Below are positions 52,346-64,000 of a stretch of DNA of 64,000 nt, one piece after another (positions within the stretch are counted from its first letter, which is position 1; each line of letters starts with the position of its first letter). Source of the DNA: the human T2T-CHM13v2.0 reference genome, Homo sapiens. The notes under the pieces are model-generated. The model worked only from the letters and a program-made list of their open reading frames with translations. It did not search any database and had not been told where the DNA came from. Location: assembly GCF_009914755.1 (NCBI RefSeq), contig NC_060948.1; one strand, 5' to 3'. The position numbers and the translations under genes are program-made.

Positions 52346-52622
52346 CTTTTGCTTTTTTTGAGACAGAGTCTGCCTCTGTCTCCCAGGCTGGAGGGCAGTT
52401 GCACGATCTCAGCTCACTGCAAACTTCATCTCCTGATTCAAAAGATTCTCCTGCCTCAGCCTGCTGAGTAGCTGGGATTAAAGGCACCCGCCACTACACC
52501 CAGCTAATTTTTGCATTTTTAGTAGAGACGGGGTTTCACCATGTTGGCCAGGCTGCTCTCGAACTCCTGACCTCAGGCAATCTGCCCGCTGGGATTACAG
52601 GCGTGAGCCACCACACCCAGCC
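52346..52622 (-). mobile_element. AluS, second of the tandem pair, with an ~18-bp internal deletion
   Basis: Antisense dimer; tctgcccgctgggatt lacks the cctcggcctcccaaagt segment; flanked by agactgatgg. Confidence 0.93.
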
Positions 52623-52967
52623 TAGACTGATGGTTTTTAAGGTTTGGAGAAGGTCTACCGAGGCAATGGAACTTTGTGCTACATGAGAGAATTGCGGTAG
52701 ATAGATAAAACAATAAAAACAGTGACAACATGCAAAAGATACTCATGGCCTAGTGTAAAGCGCCATATGGTCAGGCTCTTGTGAGGACTCTCTTCTGAGT
52801 TGCAGAATTCAGACTTCAGGTATTATCCTCACCTGGCAGAGAGGGAGGAAAGAGCTCTGTGAGGTTCCTTTTATAAAGCCAGTAATGCCAATCATGAGGG
52901 TTCTATCATCAGGATAATTTCCTCTCACCTCCTAATACCGTTACATTGAGGATCAGAACATCAACAT

Positions 52968-55735
52968 TTTTTGCAAATTTCAGATTCAAGGGTGCACGTG
53001 CAGGTTTGTTACATGGGTATATCGCATGATGCTGAGGTTTGGGCTTCTAATAATCCTGTTGCCCAAATAGTGAAGATAGTACCTAACAGATAGTTTTTCA
53101 ACCCTTGCTCCCCTCCTTTCCTCTCTCTTTTCAGGATCTCCAGTGTCCATTGTTCCCATCTTTGTGTCCATGTATACCAAATGTTTAGCTCCTACTTATA
53201 AATAAGAACATGCAGTATTCAGTTTTTTTGTTCCTGTGTTAATTCACTTAGGATAGTGGCCTCCAGCTGCATCCATGTTGCCGCAAAAGACATGATTTTA
53301 TTCTTTTATGGCTTCATAGTATTCCATGGTGTATATATATGACTTTTTCTTTAGCCAGTCCACAACTGATGGGCACCTAGGTTGATTACATGTCTTTGCT
53401 ATTGTGAATAGTGCTGTGATAAACATACGAGTACATGTTTCTTCCTGGTAGAGTTATTTATTTTCCTCTGAGTATATACCCAGTAATGGGATTGCTAGGT
53501 CGAGTGGTAATTCTATTTTTAGGTCTTTAAGAAATCTCCAAACTGCTTTCCACAGAGGCTAAACTAATTTACACTCCCATCAGTAGTGTATAAGCATTCC
53601 CTTTTCTTCACAAACTCATGAACATCTGTTATTTTTTGACTTAAAAAAAAGTTTATTTTAGGTTCCGGGGTACCAGTTAAGGTTAAATAGGTAAACTGTG
53701 TCATGGGGGTTTGTTGTACGATTATTTCATTACCCAGGTATTAAGCCAGTACCCAACAGTTATCTTTTCTTCTCCTCTCCCATCTCCCACCCTCCACCCT
53801 CCAAGTAGACCCCTGTTTCTATTATTCCCTTCTTTGTGTTCATGAGTTCTCATCATTTAGCTCCTACTTTTACAAGTGAGTACATGTGGTGTTTGGTTTT
53901 CTGCTCCTGTGTTAGTTTGCTAAGGATAATAGCTTCCAGTTCCATCCATGTTCCCTCAAAATATATGATCTTGCTCTTTTTTATAGCTGCATAGTATTCC
54001 ATGGTGTATATGTACCACCTTTTCTTCATCCAATCTGTCATTGATGGGCATTTATGTTGATTCCATGTCTTTGCTATTGTTAATAGTGCTGCAGTGAACA
54101 TTTGCATGCCTGTGTCTTTGTGGCAGAATTTCTATTCATCTGGGTATATACCCAGTAATGGGATTGCTGATTCAAATGGTATAATAAGTCTGCTTTTAGC
54201 TTCTTGAGGAAACTCCACACTGTTTTCCACAATGGTTGAACTAATTTACACTCCCATCAACAGTGTATAAGTGTTCCCTTTTCTCTGCAACCTCGCCATC
54301 ATTTGTTATTTCTTGATTTTTAATAATAGCTGTTTTGACTGATGCGAAGGTGTATTTCATTGCGGTTTTGATTTGCTTTTCTCTGATGATCAGTGATAGT
54401 GACCATTTTCTCATGTGTTTGCTGGCGGCTTGTATGTCTTCTTTTGAGAAGTGTCTGCTTATGTCCTTCACCCACTTCTTAATGAAGTTATTATTCTTTG
54501 GATTTAAGTTCTTTATAGATTCTGAATATTAGTGATTTGTCAGATGTATAGTTTGTGAACATTTTCTCCCATTCTGTAGGTTGTCTGTTTACTCTGTTGA
54601 TAGTTTCTTTTGCTGTGCAAAATCTCCTTGGTTTAATTATATCTCAATTGTCAACTTTTGTCTTTTTGCATTTTCTTTTGAGGACTTAGTCATAAATTCT
54701 TTGCCTAGGCCAATGTCTAGAAGAGTATTTCCTAGGTTTTCTTTTAGAATTGTTGTAGTTTGAGGTCTTACATTCAAGTCTTTAATCCATCTTGAGTTTA
54801 ATTTTTTATATGAGAGGCAGGGGTCCAATTTCATTGTTCTGCATATGGTTAGCCAGTTTTCCCAGCAGTATTTAATAGGGTGTCCTTTGCCCATTGTTTA
54901 TGTTTGTGGACTCTGAGGAAGATTAACTGCTTGTAGATGTGTGGCTTTGTTTCAGGGGTCTCTGTTCTGTTAGTCTATGTGTCTGTTTTTGTACCAGTAT
55001 CACGATGTCTTGGTAACTGTAGCCTTGCAGTACAGTTTGAAGTTGGATAATGTGATGCCTCCAGCTTTATTCTTTTTGCTCACGATTGCTTTGGCTATTT
55101 GTCACTTTTCTGATTCCATATGAATTTTAGAATAGTTTTTTTTCTAATTCTGTAAAAAATGGTGTTGCCAATTTAGTAGAAATAGCATTGAATATGTAAA
55201 TTGCTTTTGGCAGTATGGACATTTTAACAATATTGATTCTTCCAACCCATGAGCATGGAATGCTTCATTATCCATTTGCTTGTTTCATCTCCATTTTTTT
55301 CTCATCAGTGTTTTGTAGTTCTCCTTGTGGAGGTACTTCACCTCCTTGGATAAATGTATTCCTAAGAATTTTATTAGGTTGGTGTAAAATTAATTGCCAT
55401 TTCTGCCATTGAAAGTAGTGGCAAAAACCTCAATTACTTTTACACAAACAGAATATTTTTTGTGTGGCCATTATGAATGAGATTGAGCTCTGGATTTGGT
55501 TCTCAGCTTGAGCACTGTTGGTGTAGAAATGCAAATTATTTTTGTACATTAGTTTTGTATCAAGAAACTTTACTAAAGTTATTTATCAGGTCTAGGAATC
55601 TTTGAGCAGAATCTTTAGGGTTTTCTAGGTATAAGATCATGTTATCAGCTAACAGAGATTTGACTTCTCCTTTTCCAGTGTGGATGCCTTTTATTTATTT
55701 CATTTGACTGATTGCTATGTTGAATAGGAATGGCA
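52968..55735 (-). mobile_element. Two antisense L1 3' segments (L1PB/L1MA-type; ~52968-53645 and ~53650-55735)
   Basis: Two separate 3'UTR and ORF2 C-terminal copies (ORFs [31 protein letters not shown]). Confidence 0.9.
55373..55455. mobile_element. MADE1 mariner MITE inserted in L1
   Basis: tattaggttggtgtaaaattaattgcc...ggcaaaaacctcaattacttttacacaaacagaata. Confidence 0.85.
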
Positions 55736-55779
55736 AGAATGGAGAATTTGCTGCTCTTGGAGTCTTGGCTGGAGATGGG

Positions 55780-56240
55780 TGTATTATAATAGTTTGCTAA
55801 GTCTGCCATAACAAAGTACCACAACCTGGATGGCTTGAACAAAAGAAATTGTATTGTCTCACAGTTCTGGAGGGTACAAGACTAAGATCAATGTATAGGA
55901 AGGGTTGCTTCTTTCTGCTTCATGCCTCTACCCTAACTTCTGGTAGTTTGCTATCTTTGGCATTATTTAGCCTGCAAATAAATCACCCAATCTCTGCCTT
56001 GAAATTCACATGGCATTCTCTCTATGTGTTTGTCTGTCTCCGAATTTTCCCTTTTTATAAGGACACTAGTCATATTGAATTAGGAGCCCACCTTACGCAA
56101 GCATGACTTCATCTTAACAGTTATTATATGTAAAATTGTGTCTGCAATGACCCTGTTTCCAAAGAAAGTCACATTCTAAAGTACTCAGGATTAGGACTTC
56201 TACATGTGCATTTTGGGGAGACACAATTCAATCCATAACT
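55780..56240 (-). mobile_element. MaLR solo LTR (MLT1B/C-like)
   Basis: tagtttgctaagtctgccataacaaagtaccacaacctggatggcttgaac...gacacaattcaatccataac. Confidence 0.85.
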
Positions 56241-57180
56241 CTTTGGAGCTTTGCTTCCAATATGGCATTGATCTCCCCGAACCCATCTGAGGCACCTTCT
56301 CTCTGGGACTTGGAGCCTGAATCCACTAACGTCAAGAAGTAGGCCTGGTTGTAATGGTTGATGCTGCTCTGCAGATGTTTTATAGGTGTGGAGGCAATGG
56401 AGTTGAGAGTCAAGAGGCTCAGTTGGGAGGATACAGTGGTGGCTGTACCTGCACATTTTCATTTGAACTGGCCTGGGCTCTTGGTGACCTACATTCCCTT
56501 GGTTCCTTCCTGTTCTCCTAGCTTTATTTGCCAATATGTCTCCAAATGTGTGCTATCTGATGACTTTCCTGTAAGTCCTGTTTGGCTCCCCTTAGTCAGA
56601 GTTGGTTTCTGTTGTTTATAACCAATACACTTGTCAAGTACACATGCTTCATCATATTTTACATGTTTGGGGCTCAACCTATACCTAAAAATAAGACAAT
56701 AATTCAATGGCATAAGTTCAGAAAATTTTGTAAGTAAACCGTTAATTTTGAACAGCCATTACAATGAGGAGATTCCATTGTACTGGAACGGATTGTGCTC
56801 CTAATTGAGTTTAAGGTAAACTAACTTCTGCCTGAGCAAATGAGTCCTATGGTATGATTAAGTAATATACATCATGAATTCAATTCCAACTGACTTCATT
56901 TTCAGATGAAGTTATTGAATGAATGTGGCTTATTTTCATTTTTTTCTTTTTCTTAGAATTTAAAAATACTTTCAATTCCCTGTGCTTAAAAAATTTGTCT
57001 CATCAATCATTAATTTAAATTTCAAATCTTATATTAAAATGCACAGGCTCTTGACAAATAGCCAATATTTTATTTTATTTTAAACAATTTTTTATTATAA
57101 AAAAGGCAGTTTTATTTAGAAAGACCAACATGATTGTAAGCTAACTTGAACAGCTAGATTTTACAAGAAAATATTTGACA

Positions 57181-57560
<380 letters not shown>

Positions 57561-58354
57561 TTAAGCAGAAACATGTTTCTAGTGTTTAAAATTTAAGTTT
57601 CTTCATATACAGAAAAAAAGGTTAAAGATTATGGTTGCTAAAAATTAAAAGTGGACACAAGAAATTCCTACAGTATTTCAAAATGAGGTCTTATTTTTAT
57701 TTATCTATTATTTATTTTTCATAGATAACCCTAAGAAGTGTTGAGACTGGCTTACAAGAAGCATTTATAATCGTAATGCAATTATTCAAAAATTGGCTAA
57801 ATTTATGTTAAAACATCTTTTTCTCCCATACAGAAAATTCACTGTTGAAGAATTATGATACTATTTCTTAGTGAGATGGATGGAAGGGAAAACATAATCT
57901 TGTTGTTTTTTTAATTATAATTTATGAGGTGAGGAATTTATAAAATGAAACAATAAGTATTATATTTTATGTCAATTTTGTGATATAAATCAGTTGTGTT
58001 TACAGATTCAAAGCCAAGCTTGAAGAAAACTCAGGAGTTAAGGGGCTGATAACCTTATAAACTGTAAAATGTGTTAACAGCAATAAAATGTGCTCCCTCA
58101 GTTCAAAGAGCATTTGATTATACTCTGCACTGTCAGGGCCACTCACATCGGAGCTCATCTTGGAATGATAAACAAGGCAGATCTGCAATGTACACCAGAA
58201 AGTGACAAGACACACCTGTCACTACAAGTTTTGAGACAAAACAATAGGCACTTGCAGACAGCTGTGTCATCCATGAGTGAGTCTGCTTGAAGGCTTGGCA
58301 ACAGGCAAGAAGAAACACTTCCAGTCAGTTCAGACTACTGAGACTGGAGGCCCA

Positions 58355-58688
58355 TGTGCTAAAGGACCTTACATGTCATGGCCAGAGTTTGAACCTTGCT
58401 AAAGGCCAGAAGGAACCAAAGAACAACTGTGTGAAAAGGTGAATATCATTCGCATAATTGTTTCAGATCAGTTATGGGACGTGGAGATGTGTTGGAGAAA
58501 GTCAAACATATTAGGAAAGCATGGTAAGAAGCAATATTGTAATTCTAACAAGAAATGATGAACCAAGTAGCCAGAAGAACAGGGAGAAAAGGCTACATCT
58601 GAGAAATAGGACAGAGGTAAATCTAGAGGACCTCCTGTTTGGTTTAAAGATGGAGAACAGAGGAAAGAGTTTGGGGATTAGGGGAATA
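58355..58688 (+). repeat. Dispersed direct repeat, copy 1 (L2-like source sequence)
   Basis: About 335 bp recurs at 59726-60062. The ORFs at 58521 and 59895 translate nearly identically. Confidence 0.95.
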
Positions 58689-58698
58689 TTGATGATGG

Positions 58699-59563
58699 TG
58701 ATGGGATTCAGGATCACACTACCCTAAAATACAGCACCTTGGTATTTGAGAAAATAGCAGAAGCAGGAATATCACTTTCACTTCCCCCTCACCTTCTCCC
58801 CTGAAGCTGGTCATAAAACCTAGGAAGGTCATTGTCTGACATTTTCCCACCCTTCTCCCCTGAAGCAGGTCATAAGACCCACATTCAAGAAATGCCCTCT
58901 CTAGAAGCAGAGGAAAGGAACATCCTTATCTCTGAAGGCACAGGGACACAGAAAAGAATTGGAACTAACAGGTCTTGCTAAGTTCCCCCCAGTTTGTTAC
59001 CATTAGATCATACTTTTTGATCCAAACATTCTTCCCAGCTATCCACTTCTTCATCAAACCTAGCATTAAAAAGCCACTGGTTGGCTGGGCGTGGTGGCTC
59101 ACACCTGTAATCCCAGCACTTTTGGAGGCCAAGGCAGGCAGACCATTTGAGGCCAGGAGATTGCAACCAGCCTGGTCAACATGGAGAAACCCTGTCTCTA
59201 CTAAAAATACAAAGATTAGCAAGCAAGGTGTGGTGGTGCACGCCTGTAATCCCAGCTACTCAGGTGGCTGAGGCACAACAATCGCGTGAACCTGGGAGGT
59301 AGAGGTTACAGTGAGCCAGGATCACACCACTCACTCCAGCCTGGGTGACAGAGTGAGACTCTGTCTCAAAAAAAAAAGCCACTGGTTTACCTGTGTCTTT
59401 GAGTCTTCATTTCTTTATGAGGTTTCTCATTTCATATAAAATATATATTAAGTGAATTTGTATGCTTTTCTCTTTTGTTATAAAGGCCTTTTGTTATAAA
59501 GGCCTCAGCCATAAACCTGTCAAACCTGTCAAGCGGTGAGGAAAAGATTTCTCCAATCCCTAC
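58699..59563 (+). mobile_element. ERV1 MER4-group solo LTR with nested Alu (59083-59377)
   Basis: tgatgggattcaggatcacactaccctaaaatacagcacc...ccctaca; Alu TSD aaaagccactggtt. Confidence 0.7.
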
Positions 59564-59599
59564 AGTGGTGCAATTCATCACATAAAAGAGATCATCAAT

Positions 59600-60520
59600 A
59601 AGATTATCATCAACGGATGAATGGATAAAGAAAATGTGGCATATATACACACTGGAATACTATGCAGCCTTTAAAAAGAAGAAAAACCTATCATTTGTGA
59701 CAACATAAATAGACCTGAAGGACATTGTGCTAAAGGACCTTACATGTCATGGCCAGAGTTTGAACTTTGCTAAAGGCCAGGAGAAATCATTGAACAACTG
59801 TGTGAAAAGGTGAATATCATTTGCATAACTGTTTCAGATCAGTTATGGGATGTGGAGAATGTATTGGAGAAAGTCAAACACATATTAGGAAAACATGGTA
59901 AGAAGCAATATTGTAATTCTAACAAGAAATGATGAACTAAGTAGCAATAAGAATAGAGAGAAAAGGATACATTTGAGAAACAGGACAGAGGTAAATCTAG
60001 AGGACCTCCTGTTTGGTTTGAATATGGAGAACAGAGGAAAGAGTTTGGGGATTAGGGGAATAAGCCTGACAAGAAGGACAAATACTGTATAATCTCACGC
60101 ATATGTGGAATCCAAAAACATTGATCTCATAGAAACAGAGTAGAAAGGTAGTTACCAGAGGCTGGGGTTGGGAGAAGGATGGGTAAAGGAAAGATGTTGA
60201 TCACAAAGTACAAAGTGTCAGTTAGACTGCAGGAGTAAGTTTTAGTGATCTATTATACTGCATGGTAACCACAGTTAATAATAATGAATTGTATATTTCA
60301 AAACTACTAAAATAATACATTGTTAATATTCCTACCACAAAAGAAAAGTTGGTGAGGTAATAGATATGATAATTTACTTGATTTAATCTTTTGTAACAAT
60401 GTATACATAGATTAAAAAACACATTGTACCTTATATTTAAATTAAATATATTTATATTTAATATTTATATTCACAACCATTATTTGTGAATTAAATAAAT
60501 AAGATTTCTTTTTAAAAAAG
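59600..60520 (+). mobile_element. Old L1 3' end (L1MA/MB-like) interrupted by repeat copy 2
   Basis: gatgaatggataaagaaaatgtgg...gaaggacattgtgctaa|insert|aataagcc...3'UTR. Confidence 0.85.
59726..60062 (+). repeat. Dispersed direct repeat, copy 2 (templated insertion in L1)
   Basis: Copy of 58355-58688 with scattered substitutions and small indels. Confidence 0.95.
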
Positions 60521-61121
60521 ATTAGAAATAGATTTGTCAGCAGAAGACTTTCAGATATGAAGTCAGTGGGATAGAATGTTTAAAGTGATGAAAGAAAAAA
60601 CTGTCAAATAGAAAACCTATATCTGCAAAACCGTACTTCAAAAATGAAGAAGAAATTTAGACATTCCCAAACAGAAGCTGAGGGTGTTCATTACCGATAG
60701 ACCTGCTCTGTAAGAAAGGAGTTGAAATAAATGGATGACAGACAGCAACTCAATGACAAATGAAGATATTAAGATCTCTAGTAAAGATAAATCTATAGGC
60801 AAACATAAAAGCCAGTAATTTTGGCTTGTAATTTTGGTTTGTAACTCCACTTTTTATTTTCTACAGGATTAAAAGCCAAGTGCATAAAAATTATTTTAAA
60901 TCTATGTTATTGGGCACACAATGTATACAAAGATGTAATTTTTGACACCAATAACAAAGGAGAGGACAGAGCTATACAGCAGCAGTTTTTGTAGGCAATT
61001 TAAATTAACTAGGTATCAATTCAAATTAGGCTGTTAAAAACTATAGAATATTATATTTAATCCCCATAGTAACTATAAAGGATTCACAGAATATACAAAA
61101 GAGGAAATAAAAAAGAAATCA

Positions 61122-61445
<324 letters not shown>

Positions 61446-61490
61446 TCAACTGAAAACAAAAGAAGGCAGTAATTTTAAAAACAGCAGGCA

Positions 61491-61771
61491 AGCCAGGTGT
61501 GGTGTCTCACGCCTGTAATCCTAGCACTTTGGGAGGCCAAGGTGGGTGGATCATGAGGTCAGGAGATTGAGACAATCCTGGCTAACACAGTGAAACCCCA
61601 TCTCTACTAAAAACACAAAAAAATTAGCCAGGCGTGGTGGTGAGCACCTGTAGTCCTAGCTACTCAGGAGGCTGAGGCAGGAGAATGGCATGAACCCAGG
61701 AAGCGGAGCTTGCCGTGAGCCGAGATCGCGCCACTGCACTCCGGCCTGGCTGACAGAGTGAGACTGCACCT

Positions 61772-61837
<66 letters not shown>
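61491..61837 (+). mobile_element. AluY-like with a long A tail followed by (TA)n
   Basis: ggagaatggcatgaaccc, gcggagcttgc; about A30, then about (TA)17. Confidence 0.94.
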
Positions 61838-61840
<3 letters not shown>

Positions 61841-62926
61841 TCAACTATATGCTGTCTACAAGAGACTCACTTGAGGTCTAAAGACACAAACAGGTTGAAA
61901 GCACAGAAAAAGATATTCATGTAAATATTTTCATGTAACCAAAAGAGAGCAGGAATGGCTATATTAATATCAGAAAAATTAGAACTTACCTAAAAAAAAT
62001 GGTTGCAAGGGTCAAAGAAGAATATATTAATAAAGGAATCAATTAATCAAGAAGATATCATTTTAAACATATATGCAACAAACTACAGAACCCCCAAATT
62101 TGTGAAAGAAATATTTACAGAACTGAAGCGAGAAATAAACAGAGTTCTACAATAATAGTTGGAGACTTCAATAGCTTACTTTAAGCAATAGATAAAATGA
62201 TAAGACAGTTCAATAAAAATATAGGGGACTTGAACAACACTTAGAAAATACCTTGAAACAAACGAAAACACAACATATCAAAACTTATGGGATGCAATAA
62301 AAGCAGTGTTAAAGGGAAACTTATAGCTATAAATTTATGCATTAAAGTAAAAGAAAGATTGTAAATTAATAACCTAATTTGTTAGGTCCATAAACCAACT
62401 GGACCTAACAGACTTATACAGTAATTTATAACAGCAGATTAGATCTTTTTCTCAAATGCCCCTGGAACATTCTCCAGGATGGATCATATATAAAAAGACA
62501 AAACAAGTCCATACATTCTAAAAGACTGAAGTCATATAAATAAAATGTAAAAGATAAAAATCATAAAACTAGAAACCAATAACAGAAAGAAAATTGAAAA
62601 GTTCACAAATATTTGGAAATTAAACAACACACTTTTAAACAACCAAGTGGTCAAAAAAGAAATCAAAAGGGAAATTAGAAAATACCTTGAAACAAATGAA
62701 AACACAACATATCAAAACTTATGAAATGCAATGAAAGCAGTGATAAAAGGGAAATTTACAGCTATAAAATCATGCATTAAAGTAGAAGATAGATCTCAAA
62801 GTAGCAACCTAATTTTCACCATAAGGGTCTAGAAAAGGAAGAGCAAACTTTACTCAAAGCTAGCAAAAGGAAGGAAGAATAAAGAATAGAGTGAGATAAA
62901 TAAAACAGAGGTTAAAAAACAGTAGA

Positions 62927-63238
<312 letters not shown>

Positions 63239-64000
63239 TCAATGAAACCACAAGGTGGTTCTTTGAAAAGATCAACAAAATTAACATATGTTAGCTAGAT
63301 TGACTGATAAACAAGAGGACTCAAATTACTAAAATGGGAAATAAAAGTGATATAAAGTTTACTATCAATCTTACAGAAATAAAGATTACAAGATAATACT
63401 AGTAACAATTGTATGACAACAAATTAGTTAACCATATAAATGGACAAATTCCTAGAAGTATGCAATCTACCAAAATCAAATAAAGAAGAAATAGAAAGTA
63501 TGAATTGACCTATAACTAGTAAAGAAATTGATTCAGTACTAAAAACCTCTCAACAAGGGAAAGTCTTGGGCCAGATGGCTTCACCTATGAATTCTGCCTA
63601 ATATTTGAAGAAGAATTAAAATCAATTCTTCTCAAACTTCTTAAAAAATTGAAGACAAAGGTCAGTTCCTAATTCATTCTCTAAAGCCAGCTTTACTCTC
63701 ATACTAAAGGCAGAGAAAGATAATACTGGAAAATAAAGCTACAGATCAATATCTTAATGAATATTAATGTAAAAATCCTCAACAAAATACTAGCAAACAG
63801 AATACAGAAGCATATTAAAAGAATTATACACCATGATCAAGTGAGATTTATTCCAGGAATGCATGGAAAACAATCAATGTAATACACCACATTAACAGAA
63901 TGAGGGGGAAATAAGCCCAGCCATCTCAATTGATGCAGAAAAGCATTTGACAACATTCAACACCCTTTCATGATTAAAATACTCAATAAACCAGAAATTA

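Noticed and set aside
59472-59531. Short tandem duplications (ttttgttataaaggcc x2, aaacctgtc x2)
   Set aside because: Ordinary slippage events inside an LTR.
58521-60092. Two near-identical small ORFs (MVRSNIVILTRNDE...) as a duplicated micro-gene
   Set aside because: Explained by the 335-bp duplication; the C-termini diverge at the breakpoint and the source looks like decayed L2.

Overview
Human (primate) genomic DNA with no intact protein-coding gene. Bases 1-8468 are a diverged HSat3 (GGAAT)n satellite array. It ends abruptly inside a Tigger2a DNA transposon, after which come about 55 kb of repeat-dense euchromatin-type sequence: about 22 Alus, old and young L1s, MaLR and ERV1 LTRs, MER6, MADE1, MIR and L2. 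The non-repeat content is a degraded processed RCC2 pseudogene (CDS on the - strand, about 40009-41460) and an unidentified CpG-rich retrocopy-like segment (47856-48945). HSat3 next to an RCC2 pseudogene suggests the proximal Yq11 heterochromatin/euchromatin boundary (RCC2P1 region); this is an inference from memory, not verified. I find no evidence of a new multi-gene biological system. The most unusual structures are: (i) a young L1HS/L1PA2-type inverted repeat with poly(A) tails facing outward at both ends, no TSD and a frameshift shared by both arms (13850-16836); (ii) an RCC2 retrocopy whose 3'UTR appears to resume on the opposite strand 4.1 kb away; (iii) two old templated insertions with microhomology or fold-back junctions (59726-60062 and 62241-62410); (iv) the satellite junction that cuts off a transposon end. 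Repeat subfamily names come from recalled consensus sequences and boundaries are approximate.
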